In this document: one piece after another, positions 39,709-51,872 of the stretch
How positions within the stretch are numbered: the stretch's first letter is position 1
Layout: the number at the start of each line of letters is the position of its first letter
Origin: Trichodelitschia bisporula
Taxonomy: Eukaryota
Reading direction: 5' to 3'
Length of the DNA: 64,000 bases
Assembly: GCA_010356995.1 (NCBI GenBank)
Contig: ML996688.1
Location: 1,400,579 to 1,464,578 of the forward strand
Program-made: the position numbers and the translations under genes
Notes under the pieces: generated by a model
Told to the model about the DNA's origin: nothing
Seen by the model: the letters and a program-made list of their open reading frames with translations, nothing else
Databases searched by the model: none

Positions 39709-41557
39709 ATGCAGCGCGCTCTGTCTGCTCGTGCGAGAGCTACTGCTCTGAATGCGTCGCGGCTCAGGTCGACCGTCAGCTTCCAGCAGCAGCGCTTCGC
39801 TCACAAGGTACGGCGTGACCATCCCTTGTGTAAGTTGCGGTAGCTTACAATGTTTGACAGGAACTCAAGTTCGGCGTTGAGGGCCGTGCTGCCCTCCTCG
39901 CTGGTGTCGACACCCTTGCTCGGGCCGTCGCAACTACCCTAGGTCCCAAGGGCCGAAATGTCCTGATTGAGTCCAGTTATGGCTCGCCGAAGATCACCAA
40001 GGGTAGGCTTCGCAATTGCGCTTCTGGCACACAAACGTGCTGACACATATAGACGGTGTGTCCGTGGCCAAGGCCATTACGCTCAAGGACAAGTTCGAGA
40101 ACCTTGGTGCCCGGCTGATCCAAGATGTTGCCTCCAAGACGAATGAGGTTGCCGGTGACGGCACCACCACTGCTACCGTCCTTGCCCGCGCCATCTTCTC
40201 CGAGACCGTGAAGAACGTCGCCGCTGGCTGCAACCCCATGGACTTGCGCCGCGGCACACAGGCCGCCGTCGAGGCTGTCGTCGAGTATTTGGCGCGCAAC
40301 AAGCGGGATATCACCACCAGCGAAGAGATCTCGCAGGTTGCCACCATCAGCGCCAACGGCGACACCCATATTGGCAAGCTCCTGTCTAGCGCCATGGAGA
40401 AGGTTGGCAAGGAGGGCGTCATCACGGTCAAGGAGGGCAAGACCGTTGAGGACGAGCTTGAGGTCACTGAGGGCATGAAGTTTGACCGTGGCTTCGTATC
40501 CCCGTACTTCATCACCGACCCCAAGGCGCAGAAGGTCGAGTTCGAGAAGCCTCTGATCCTCCTCTCGGAGAAGAAGATCTCGGCTGTCCAGGACATCATT
40601 CCTGCGCTCGAGGTCTCGCAGCAACTTCGCCGCCCGCTGGTCATCATCGCTGAGGACATTGAGGGCGAGGCCCTTGCCGTCTGCATCCTCAACAAGCTCC
40701 GTGGCCAGCTCCAGGTTGCGGCAGTCAAGGCTCCCGGCTTCGGCGACAACCGCAAGTCTATCCTCGGCGACATTGCCGTTCTCACCAACGGCACCGTCTT
40801 CACCGATGAGCTTGACATCAAGCTCGAGAAGGCTACCGCGGAAATGCTTGGTTCTACTGGTTCCATCACTATCACCAAGGAAGACACCGTCATCCTTAAC
40901 GGTGAAGGCTCCAAGGATGCCATCGCCCAGCGCGCAGAGCAGATCCGCGGTGTCATGAGCGACCCTACTACCTCCGAGTACGAGAAGGAGAAGCTGCAAG
41001 AGCGGCTTGCCAAGCTTTCCGGCGGTGTTGCGGTCATCAAGGTTGGCGGTTCGTCGGAGGTCGAGGTCGGTGAGAAGAAGGACCGGATCGTTGATGCGCT
41101 TAATGCCACGCGTGCCGCCGTTGAGGAGGGTATCCTGCCCGGTGGTGGCACGGGCCTGCTCAAGGCTGCCGCCAACGCGCTCAACGAGATGAAGCCCGCC
41201 AACTTTGACCAGAAGCTTGGCGTGGATATTGTTCGCAAGGCTATTACGCAGCCTGCTCGCATGATCGTCGACAATGCCGGCGACCAGGGCGCAGTTGTCG
41301 TTGGCAAGCTGATGGAAGAATTTGGCTCCGACTTTAACAAGGGCTATGACAGCGCCAAAGGAGAGTTCGTCGACATGATCGCTGCCGGTATCCTGGATCC
41401 CTTCAAGGTTGTCCGGACCGCACTTGTTGACGCCAGCGGTGTCGCTTCGCTGCTAGGCACGACTGAGGTTGCCATCGTGGAGGCGCCTGAGGAGAAGGCG
41501 CCGCCGATGCCTGGCATGGGCGGTGGCATGGGCGGCATGGGCGGTGGCATGTTCTAA
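39709..41557 (+). CDS. HSP60: Mitochondrial chaperonin Hsp60
   Basis: Presequence ...[40 protein letters not shown] and a GGM-repeat tail. Two introns. Confidence 0.98.
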
Positions 41558-42434
41558 ATGAGACGATGCTAACGGCCTTTTCACGTTTTCAGGCGCTGTA
41601 CATTGTTTCCTTCGCCGCATGAGGTTCGGTGAAAAAGTGATCTCCACTCCTGCATTTGTGTTCTTTGGCATGTTATCAGCGGCGTTTGTACCATAGCACG
41701 GACCGCGGGAGGCGAGCTTGGAGTAACATGGCCGTTAGAATAATGTAGAAATGTGAATATGAATTCTAGAGAGCTACAGCATGCTGTCTTTGGAGTTTCG
41801 GAACACTTGACGCATATTAGACATGCGCATTACAACACCATGATTCGTCACCTCGCGTGGATCATTGCGACACTACAGTTTGTTTCTCATCATGGTTCTA
41901 CTTCATCAGTGTTGCCTAGCAACGCCCTTTAATTGATGAGTGCAGGCGGGACCCGGGAACTTTGATCTGATTGCATGAGAAGGACAAAAGGACTGGGGAA
42001 TGAGAGGATGAGGTGCTTGCAGTGTTTTGTAGCAGTGCGATAAAGGCGGTGCGTGGAGGCAAGCCCCGCTATCCTACCTAGGCCGCCACATCAAACAAGA
42101 AACCTACTGTACTCGTAGGGTCCAACTGCCTGCACCCTTTCATCAGCTCCCCACCCCTCCAAACCTTTCTCCTTCAAAAAATCGCATCCCCCACCTTCGT
42201 CTACCAAAGCAAACAATCCTCTGCTCCGCAAAGCCAAAGGGTTAATTTCTTTGTACGTGATGACGCTGTCCTTCCAGCAACCCCTCCCCCTAGCACCCCC
42301 CCCCCCCTTCCCCGCTTACGGGACTCGACCCCGCGGCTGAAGGCCTCTTTTGCTAACGAAGCGGTCTTGTGCAGCACACGCCCGACCCGACCCGATTTTT
42401 CTCTCTCCCAACCGTAACTCAACCTTCATACAAT

Positions 42435-43204
42435 ATGGTGAGTAGATGAGCATACCGCGTACTCTGTAAAGTGGAGTGACAGCTTGCTAACGATATATCT
42501 TGATAGGCCGCATCGGGGTACGTCACTGCACTCGCCGTCCATTTCTCCATAGCTCCCTCCTGCAAAATCTTGAATCCGTCGCGGCGTGAACAATGTGGCC
42601 TGCAAGATGCTGGGACAAAGAATACGACCGCTGACACTGGTCGTGCAGGGTTTCCGTGGCGCCGGAGTGCGTCCAGGCGTTCAACGAGTTGAAGTTGGGC
42701 AAGAACACGAAATGGATCATCTACAAGATCTCGGACGACTGGAAGCAAATCGTCGTGGAGGAGACGTCGACCGACCCTGACTACGAGGTGTTCCGCCAGA
42801 AGCTCCTCGATGCGAAGTCTAAGGATCGCCGGGGCAAGGAGGGTATCGGTGGCCGCTACGCTGTCTACGATGTCCAGTACGAGCTTGAAAGTGGCGAGGG
42901 CACCCGGTATGTTGACCTTGCGATCTTCCACTGCGACTCGGGGCGTGCTAACAGACTTGCAGGAACAAGATCACCTTCATCTCATGGTGCCCCGATGAGG
43001 CCCCGCAATATGTAGGCTATCCTACAAAGTGCGAAGTTTTTTTTGTTGCTTTTGCTGACCTCATGATAGCCTCGCATGATGTACTCGTCGTCTAAGGAAG
43101 CCATCAAGCGCTCGCTCAACGGTCTCGCTGCTGATATCCAGGCCAACGACGCTGATGATCTGGAGTACGACAGCATCGTCAGCAGAGTTTCCAAGGGACG
43201 TTAA
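42435..43204 (+). CDS. COF1: Cofilin/actin-depolymerising factor
   Basis: Exons ATG (42435-42437), an 11-nt microexon (42507-42517), then 42649 onward give MAASGVSVAPECVQAFNELKLG. Also RYAVYD, NKITFISWCPD, MMYSSSK and DIQAND. Confidence 0.95.
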
Positions 43205-43513
43205 GACGTGGCTTTCGCGACAGCAGCTTGCCGGATGTTCTTGGGCGGACTTGTTACTTCATTGCGCGCCGACTCTCCACGCGACTATATCTAGGCCCGG
43301 GGCAGGACGACGGATTTGATGATAGCTTGTATGCTGTGATGTGAGCGTTTCTCTGACCGACACTGCTAGCTTGAGGGATAGAATGAACTAAGTGGATTAA
43401 ATCAAACTGGTGCTTCAGCTACAAATCATTGCGCTTGGCATTTGGCACAGTATATGTCCAGATTCATCGTTGTGGGTATATGCTATCTTTGCTTAACTCA
43501 CTCCATGCGCTTC

Positions 43514-44221
43514 TCACCGGCTCTTCTCCCACGACGTTTTGAACTGTCGTGTTAAACGTTCCGCCTCCTGGTCACCCCCTATCTTTTGAGATATGAAGCC
43601 TTGAAGCTCGTGCCAAAATGCATCTGATTGCAGCATAGTAGTCGCACTCGAGGCACCCGCAGCAGCGGGAGCATCCTTGGTAGTTGCAGGTTCTGCCTCA
43701 TTCTTCGTCACCAACGGCCCCATCGCCATGACGGTAAGCTCCACCTCCTTCGTTGACACCGCCGTATCCCCAAGAAGGTCCTTGAGCGTCTTGGAATCCT
43801 GCGTCGGCTTCTTATTGAACAGCAGCTTGATTTTATCGACAGGCGTAGTCAGTCCTGCCTTCTCTACATATGCCGTCTTCAGATCGTAAATGCTTGCCGA
43901 CAGCGGCTGGCCTGCCAGTGCAACATTGTAGTTCGGTGCCTTGAGGTTTTTGAGCGCGACCGTGAGAGTGGGTGCTGCGGGACTTGTGCCCGGTGCGGTA
44001 GTGGCATCGGCATCGCGCTTGCGCTTCGTGGGGAGGGAAGGTGTCTTGGGAAGGATGTACTAGGAGCGTCAATATAGTGAGCGGGGGAGGGCAAAGGTGG
44101 GGGTGCGCACGGCGGATTGCGCTGGGAAGCCTCGCGGGTCTTGGACATGGTCACTTGCAAGCTTGACGGGGCGTGAGTCGAGAGCAGAGAGGAATTGACG
44201 GGCGAAGGAGAGTTCGGACAT
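43514..44221 (-). CDS. Get5/Mdy2-like ubiquitin-like domain protein
   Basis: MSELSFARQFLSALDSRPVKLASDHVQDP, a UBL segment (SIYDLKT...DKIKLLFNKKP..DSKTL) and C-terminal FWHELQGFI. One intron. Confidence 0.8.
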
Positions 44222-44474
44222 GGCTGCGGCTTGCTGGAGAGGCACAGTAGGAAGGTGTTCGATGGTGATGGGCGGCGGATGTCATAGTTTCGCTGCCAAC
44301 ATGAGTTCCACTCCGTAGGCCAAGGGCGGAGTTTAGTGCCAAGCTTCACTCCCTCTTGACCCCCAGACACCGGGAGATCGATTTGCCGACCCGCGAAAAA
44401 GTTCCCTCCTGCCTGGGGACTTTTTTCTCTTCGCGGTTGCGCTGAAGCTACATCAATTCTTTTGCAATACAACC

Positions 44475-46550
44475 ATGGGAGTCGGGCGTCGCATGAAGAA
44501 ACAAGGCCCTCCGGGCCTGCTCGATGAATCCTTGATCACGAAGAAACGTAAGGTGTCCGCCGCTGCACCCCCGGAGCCAGAAACTGCCAATGGCCGCAAC
44601 AAGAAGCGTCGCACGTCCGGCGAGGGCCTGGGTGTTAAGAAGCCTGGGAACAAGAACAGGGAAGGCAAGCCGAAGGGTGGGAATGACAGGAAAGAGAAAA
44701 AGAAAGGGCCCGCTGCGAACCCCCCCAAGGCGAAGGCTGCTAAGCCTACACCGGCGAATCGACAGAAGGCCGTCAAGGAGCCGTTACCCGCTGTTTCAGA
44801 CGAGGAGGACAATTTCGCCGGCTCAGACCTGGGGAGTGATGCTATTGACGACCCGGATGTCATGGAAGAAGAAATTGGCGGCGTCAATGTCACTGGCCTG
44901 GACGCTCTGGGGAGTGCCAGCGAGGCAGAGGATGACGAGTTCGACGATTTCGACTCTGATGTTGCGGATTCAGATACCAGGGAGAGGAGGGGAATGTGGT
45001 CAGAGGACGAGGACGACGAAGATGCGCAGGAAAAGCTTACTGCCGCCAACATCGAAGGCCTTACCCGGAAACTGGATCTCGAGCAGGCGCAAGAGGAGGC
45101 TGACGCGCAAGCCGAATTGGAGGAGCTCCAAACCAACATCACGGGCGATAGACCGAAGATTCTTGGAGATGAAGACGAAGACGAGGAGAGCCGCCCTCTG
45201 GCGCCAGATCTTCAATTGCTTCGTAGCCGCATCAACGACACTATCCGCGTACTGGACGACTTCGCCAAACTTGCCGAGGAGGGACGTTCGCGCGCCGAGT
45301 ACACCGCCCAACTTCTCAAAGACATTTGCGCCTACTACGGATACTCCGAGTTCCTTGCTGAAAAACTCTTGAACCTTTTCTCTCCCCGTGAAGCCTTTGC
45401 CTTCTTTGAGGCCAACGAAACACCCCGTCCTCTTGTCATCCGCACGAATACCCTCCGCACCCATCGTCGCGAGCTTGCGCAAATTTTGATAAACCGTGGT
45501 GTTACCCTGGAGCCTGTCGGAAAATGGTCCAAGGTTGGGTTGCAGATCTTCGAATCTCAGGTTCCCCTGGGTGCTACGCCCGAATACCTTGCTGGCCACT
45601 ACATTCTGCAGGCCGCTTCCTCATTTCTGCCTGTCATGGCGCTTGCGCCGCAGGAAAATGAACGTGTTCTGGATATGGCTGCTGCTCCCGGTGGTAAGAC
45701 GACGCACATTGCGGCGCTCATGCGGAACACGGGCTGTGTCTTCGCCAACGATGCGAATAAGGAACGTTCTAAGGGTCTCATTGGTAACATCCACCGTATG
45801 GGCGTCAAGAACACCATTGTGTGCAACTACTCCGCTCTCGAATTCCCCCGCGTTATGGGCGGCTTCGACCGTGTGCTTCTGGATGCGCCTTGCTCTGGAA
45901 CCGGCGTCATTTCCAAGGACCAGAGTGTCAAGACCAACAAGACGGAGTTGGACTTCATCAAGCTGCCCCACCTGCAGAAGCAACTGCTACTCGCGGCCAT
46001 CGACTCCGTCGACCACTCAAGCAAGACCGGCGGCTATATCGTCTACTCGACGTGCAGCGTGACCGTTGAAGAGAACGAGCAAGTTGTCCATTACGCACTG
46101 ATGAAGCGTCCGAACGTCAAGCTCGTGTCGACAGGCCTGGTCTTCGGCAAAGAAGGCTTCACGCGGCACATGGGCAAGGTGTTCCATCCCAGCTTGAAGG
46201 AGACCCGTCGGTACTATCCGCACACGTATAACGTCGACGGCTTTTTCGTTGCCAAGTTCAAGAAGGTTGCTCCTACGAAGGCCGGTGCCGTACATGCGGA
46301 TTCGAGTGTGAAGGCGTCCACGACTGACGAAGTCCCGGTTGATCGGACACCGATTTTGGAGGAGGGTAAGGAGGAGGAGGATGACTTTGCTGGGTTTGAT
46401 GAGGAGGAAGATGCGAAGATTATTGAGCGTGCGAAGAGGGCGAGTTTGAGGCGGAAGGGCAAGGATCCGAGGGCATTGGGCAGGAAGGGGAAGAAGAGCG
46501 AGAAGAGCGAGAAGAGCGAGAAGGCTGAAAAGGCTGAAAAGGCCAAGTAG
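44475..46550 (+). CDS. NOP2: 25S rRNA m5C methyltransferase Nop2
   Basis: MGVGRRMKKQGPP, GATPEYLAGHY, LDMAAAPGGKT, DRVLLDAPCSG and YSTCS. Confidence 0.97.
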   Translation: MGVGRRMKKQGPPGLLDESLITKKRKVSAAAPPEPETANGRNKKRRTSGEGLGVKKPGNKNREGKPKGGNDRKEKKKGPAANPPKAKAAKPTPANRQKAVKEPLPAVSDEEDNFAGSDLGSDAIDDPDVMEEEIGGVNVTGLDALGSASEAEDDEFDDFDSDVADSDTRERRGMWSEDEDDEDAQEKLTAANIEGLTRKLDLEQAQEEADAQAELEELQTNITGDRPKILGDEDEDEESRPLAPDLQLLRSRINDTIRVLDDFAKLAEEGRSRAEYTAQLLKDICAYYGYSEFLAEKLLNLFSPREAFAFFEANETPRPLVIRTNTLRTHRRELAQILINRGVTLEPVGKWSKVGLQIFESQVPLGATPEYLAGHYILQAASSFLPVMALAPQENERVLDMAAAPGGKTTHIAALMRNTGCVFANDANKERSKGLIGNIHRMGVKNTIVCNYSALEFPRVMGGFDRVLLDAPCSGTGVISKDQSVKTNKTELDFIKLPHLQKQLLLAAIDSVDHSSKTGGYIVYSTCSVTVEENEQVVHYALMKRPNVKLVSTGLVFGKEGFTRHMGKVFHPSLKETRRYYPHTYNVDGFFVAKFKKVAPTKAGAVHADSSVKASTTDEVPVDRTPILEEGKEEEDDFAGFDEEEDAKIIERAKRASLRRKGKDPRALGRKGKKSEKSEKSEKAEKAEKAK

Positions 46551-46854
46551 CGTTTGCATTGTAAAAAGTAATGGATGGTATCCGGTGGGCTCGGACTTGC
46601 ATCATCTTCTTGATTGATATGGGACGTTCACCATTTGTTGCTTCTTGAATATGGCCTGTCTATCTCACGCATATGTTTTCAACTGAAACCTACGAGGCAG
46701 GTCTTTCATCATTTGGTCGAGAACCACGAGACTAATTCAAGTAACCGACAGACATAATTGCTAAATATGATGTGGACAACGTACAAACACCTGACTCCAG
46801 AAAGCGAGCATCATCAAATGGCCAACCACCAAGAGGAGAAGTTAAGCATTCAAG

Positions 46855-47445
46855 TCAAGCGTTCTCAACCTTCTCGACGGCGCCTTCATCCACTGCTTCC
46901 CCCAGCTCAGCCTTGTCCTCCTCAGTACTCTCCGACACCTTCTTGCGCTTCTCCACTGAGGCGTCATCATTCGACGATCCAAGTTTGACGTCGATGTCCG
47001 TATCTTCCGGAGTTGCGCGCTTGCGCTTATTCCCTGCACGAGTCCTCTTGGGCGCGGCCTTCTTCTTCGGAGTCGCTTGCGGTGATGGGAGACCCTCCTC
47101 TTTCGGCGGAGGGGTCCCGCTGGACTTGGGTCGGATGGGGCCCCCGCCTCTGCAGACAGCGGGGTTGATCCCGTGTGCCTTGAGAAGACATTCCCAACGC
47201 TTGGCTCTATGGAGCTATTAGCAACCGAACTTTATCACAGATGGAGTTAGGCCTTTCTCACGCTGCAGCTTTGCCAATGTTCAACTCTTTTGCGACAGCG
47301 TCGAAGTTCACCTAGGATATGGATTAGTGCACGGACAATTCCCGGTCTGGCATGTCTTTGCCCTGCCACTTTCGGCATGCCGAAGGCATGAAAGAAGATA
47401 GCCCACTACATCGTACGCCGGGGTTGGGTTCGTCGAAGGAGCCAT
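46855..47445 (-). CDS. Small Myb/SANT-like protein with a basic tail (triad gene 1, 161 aa)
   Basis: Exons 47445-47362, 47311-47262 and 47206-46855 (first intron GC-AG) give YLLSCLRHAESGR|VNFDAVAKELNIGKAAA|AKRWECLLKAHGI...TPKKKAAPKRTRAGNKRKR. Confidence 0.75.
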
Positions 47446-48016
47446 GTTGATAGAGAGTTGGATTGATGGAAGGTGATGTGAAAAGAAAGATGGTGGGGTG
47501 GTCTTGGTCTCATATACCAATCCACTCAACAGCCATCTGGTTGCCGTGGCCGTGGACGAGCACGAGAACCTGCATGTCCGGCAAGGTTAACTTTCAGCCT
47601 TGAGTGCAACTGGATTGTCCTGGATTGACCTGGATTGATCCCCACGCAGGGAAGTGGTGACTCAAAGCGGAAATCTGATGGCCCGATTTTAGCCCAGACG
47701 ACCAACAGACGTAACTTGGACACTACGGAGGAGCTGTTTGAAATTCCAAACCCAACAGTGATCTGCACAGACGCCTCCAGGAAGCCTAAAAGTTTAATTC
47801 TCGAATAGTCAATCCGATGCTTGCGTACGTCCAGTTGCTCCATGCGAACTCTCACTGCGGTACAACTTGCCGCATACGGACAGGATCAGACCATACTTTT
47901 CAGGTTGGATTTTATACTAATCACAAGAAATGGCATAGGTCCCACCCAAACTCCCAAGTTCTATCCGAGGACACCGACGCAGACACAGTTAAGCCCCTCC
48001 CCCACAATACCGTCCC

Positions 48017-48588
48017 TCAAAGCGACTCAGCCTTTACGATTATGGGTGCATCTGACGTACCCGCCTCAACCTTGATCGTCGATGCCTGATCCGTCGCCGG
48101 CTCAGCACCAATCTCAGTCTTCACTGCACTCTTATCGTCCTCCTCCACATCCTCGTCTTTCACCTCTCCCTTCACATCCAACTTCTCGCGCTTGACCCGA
48201 CGCCCAGTGGGAAACTCGGCATCCGCATCAGCTTCACTAAGTCTCCGCTTTATCCGGGTACGCCGGATGGGTTCATCCTCGCTGGTATCGTCGAGAACTT
48301 TCTTGCCCTTCATCCCCTTCTTTCCCTTCCCATCCGCGGGCGTTGAACGTTGCCGAGTGGGTAAGTCATCCATGACCTTGCGGAGGCGGTGGAATCTCAT
48401 TCGCGCTGCGTGCCCATTGCTGATGCTGTTGGAGGAGGCGACTATGCTCCAGTCGATCTAGTGCCCGTCGTCAGCCTCACTCACCGTCTGTATGCCCGAC
48501 GGCACGTAAGGATGTAACTCACATGCTTGACCTCCAGTTGTTTGATGATGGCGTAGAGGAACTCCACATTCTGCTTATCGGTGGGCAT
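48017..48588 (-). CDS. Small Myb/SANT-like protein with a basic/acidic tail (triad gene 2, 168 aa)
   Basis: Intron 48522-48458; MPTDKQNVEFLYAIIKQLEVKH|IDWSIVASSNSISNGHAARMRFHRLRKVM. Confidence 0.82.
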
Positions 48589-49681
48589 GACTGCGGTCTC
48601 ACTTGAGGAGCGAGCGAGCAAAAGACAGTGAGGTTGGAGGACTTTCTTCTCTGGCACGGTATCTGGATCTCTGGACACGGCACTGCTGAGTGAACCCAGA
48701 ACGGTGGCAGAGGCGGATCACGCTGCCTTATTAACCGCTGAGAACAGTACTGGACAAACCTAGTGAACGTTCATCCTCCTGTGTGTTTGGCCGCGTCCGC
48801 GACCTGAAGGCTTGTTCAAAGCTGTCTTTATCCCGCGCTTGTTTGCCTCCGACATGTTTGCGCCTGCGCCGGCAACCATGCTATCTTCACTCTCAGAGCA
48901 TTGTCGGTGCCGTGGGTTTCTGGACGAGGTGCAGGTAAATAATGCCGATATGCCTTTGTGCTGCGGTTCGGGAAGATGCGTCAAAGAATCGCCGATGAGA
49001 CATGGATGTACTGTTAAGGCAGCGTACGGTGTGGATGACAATGGCAAGATAAAGTCACAATATCTCCATGAGTAGCGCTGATCGTTCATGGTGGGCACAT
49101 TGTGAAAGGGGCCGGGTAGGCTGGCCCACAGGGCTACTGTCACTCAGGAAGCCAAACCGTTCGCACCGGTTCTTTCGTACGCTGTACCGATTGCTTTTGC
49201 ATGCTTTGGGGTTTGCTTTGTGGCTTGGGTTTTATTCCGCGGGTTGGTGAGGCTGCCGTAAGGAGTGCGTTTCTGCTGGTTTCTCGGTGTTGGTGGAGTG
49301 TACCAGGGCACTTGCTTGATTTGGTCTTTGATTCAGGGTGCAATGCGTGCCTTTCACGTTCTGTGCGAACTCAACGCAGTTGGGTGGCGATATGGACGTG
49401 CATGCGCGAGATTAGCAAAACATAATGTCGAATGTTAGGAAAACGACGTTCTTGATTGCAAATACAGTATGACTCCTAGAGTAAGAGCTTAATCATTCCA
49501 ATACTCAAGCAGAACAGAAAGATCAACTCATCACCACAAAATAGCAAATACAACTCCTTAGATACATGCTAACAGTTTCAGTGCCAGCCAACCGCTCGTG
49601 AAATCATCCTCCCATTCCACCCCCAGCTTCTTCATGCCATCTCGTACTTGAAATGAGTAAAAGGGGGATTAGCATATGGCG

Positions 49682-50298
49682 TCACCCGATGCTTGCCTGC
49701 TCAAGACTGTCGAGGTAGTCAGTGCCATACTCCGGTTTAACCTCACCAGAGTGCAGGTACTCTTAGAACGATGTATCAAAACCGGTTCTAAATGTGGAGA
49801 TCTTCTGAGGCGAAGGCTTTTTGGGCGAAGGCTTCTTCACCACACGACCCGCTACAACAACGCCTGCAACACCACGACCTATGTGGGTGAATACGACGCA
49901 TGTACTACTGTGGATGGCTGGCAAAATGGCATACCTTTTGACTCCTTCTTGGGTGTCGTCTTCTTAACCTCTTTCTGATGGCGAGGCCAGCGCGCGCTGC
50001 TGGGTTGAAACGAGCAACTGCTCGCCTGTCCACTTTCGATTGCCTTCGCCAACACCTTGACTTTACGAAAAAAACCTTCGACGGCATCATAGGTGGCGGG
50101 CGGGCCGAACACATGCGAAATGGAAGCAAAGTCTATCTGGATAGCAATACCAATCAGACTCGTTGCACGATTGATAATGGGCGGGGATTATGAAGCGGAA
50201 GAAGATGTCTTACCTTTCCATTTTTTTTCACAATGTCAAGGTTCGACACTGGCGAAAAGGCGTTCAACATTCTTTTGATCTTTCCAATTGATACCCAT
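49682..50298 (-). pseudogene. Frameshifted third small Myb/SANT-like gene (triad gene 3)
   Basis: MGINWKDQKNVERLFASV hits TGA at 50238-50236. The adjacent frame continues LDIVKKNGK|IDFASISHVFGPPATYDAVEGFFRKVK with intact introns 50213-50137 and 49934-49879. TAA at 49765-49763 is followed by more coding-like sequence. Confidence 0.65.
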
Positions 50299-51872
50299 GG
50301 TTCAAGATGGTGTGGTTAACGAGCTTGTGGGGTGAAAAGCTGAGTGCGGCCGGTGAGAAGGACTTGTCGAGTGCAAAGGGATGGGGATGATAGTAGGAAG
50401 GTAGAAACTGAGAGTGGAAGACTGAACTGACAGGCTGTAGAATGGAATTGGGATCTGTGAGAAGTTTTCGTCCGAGTGCATAACTCCACGGAGCTGGGCG
50501 ACTAAATGGTCGAGGGAGAGGCATATTTGCCCCTGAAGCATGATCAGCCGAGTTAACATCATCTCCAAACATCCTTCATTACTCCATGAACACAGTCTCC
50601 CGTGGGCATCATATCGCTACTCGAGTACCAGCCTCCAGAATACCAAACGGATGTTCGCCAAGTTGTGAAGATGGTTGATTCGGGGGCCATATGCGTATAG
50701 CCACAGACGCCAACCCCGTTCCCCGTCCCCATTACCGTTCGACGGCATTAGTTCCCGGTTTCCCCCCCGCTTGACGTACAGCGGCGCCGTCATGCACATA
50801 CCCGACCCACATATCCGCCTTGCAAAGCCGTCATCATGGGGCAGTGATAGGCAGAATGTAGGATCATGTGAGCAAAGCCTCAAAGACTCTAAGCCCCGCA
50901 ACACTAAGATGTGGCCTATCCTAGGCCACGGGGAAGTTTGATAAGTCTCCGCTATCGGGGTGAGGCCATAGTTTGTCGCCATCACACGGAATGCTGTTGT
51001 TGTGGCGTACCCGTCAGTATGTTACCACCGTGACGGGGCGCAACGCGAACCTCTACGGCTGGGGTTGTCTCCACGCTTCTCCCCTGCATGCAATCGCATA
51101 TGCGGATAAAGATCGCAATCATTGGCGTTAAGGGTGCATGACCTGTGCGTAGGAAAGTTAGTAAATCGGAATCGATTAGCACGAGAATGATATGTACCTA
51201 TGTCAGCCGACATCGCGTCCAGGGAGGTCAATTAGTGCTTCCTTAGCTAGCTGAGCGTAGTCGTAGCATCCCGGGGTCGTTCGGCAGCGCGGCCCGGGAC
51301 GAAGATACCCCCACCGTGAGGCTTTGCTCGTGCCAGCTGATGTTGATACGGCTGGGTACTTCGACGCAAGGTCGTCGTTGAGCGGCCTTCGTACCACCGT
51401 GGTTCTTCTCCGCATATTTCAGCCTTCGGGCAAAAAGGGAAAAAGTCAATTGTGCAACCACCCGTTGTCATTTGGCGATACAGCACGCGGGGGTTTCGGG
51501 TTAGTGATACTCTCACGAAACTCAACAGGTCCTATTTGGCGCTCCCTAGCATGCAGCCGCGTGAGCTTGGCATGTCGCATTTGGGTGGCTGGCGTGCAGT
51601 GATCCAATAGTAAGGCGAGCCTTACAGCCTCGACCTTTTTTTCCTTTTTCGTGCCTGTCTGGGTGATATCATCCACACCGACACACGCAGGGGTATGGGA
51701 TGTAACCGGATGCACTTTACAAACGCCCACAAAAGGCTTCCAAAGAAACCGGGCGCTCGTGCCGATCTGGACGGTGTCACTGGCGGCGAGGGTTGAAGGA
51801 GTGCATGCCGTCCGAAGACAAGATTTCCTTGCACCGGCAGGGGAGAGAACGGGCAAGGATACTTTCACAGAG

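Noticed and set aside
39977..41340. Long antisense ORFs (340 and 448 aa) over HSP60, and similar ones over ARB1, NOP2 and SEC8
   Set aside because: Shadow ORFs expected from strong GC3 codon bias in highly expressed genes; no recognisable motifs.
42257..42340. Possible C/D-box snoRNA (GTGATGA ... CTGA) in the cofilin UTR intron
   Set aside because: The box C overlaps the splice donor, the interior is poly-C with no evident rRNA guide, and there is no terminal stem.
50300..51800. Several 60-160 aa ORFs between the triad and the macrodomain gene
   Set aside because: No coding-like composition or motifs. At most part of it is an extra terminal exon of the macrodomain gene.
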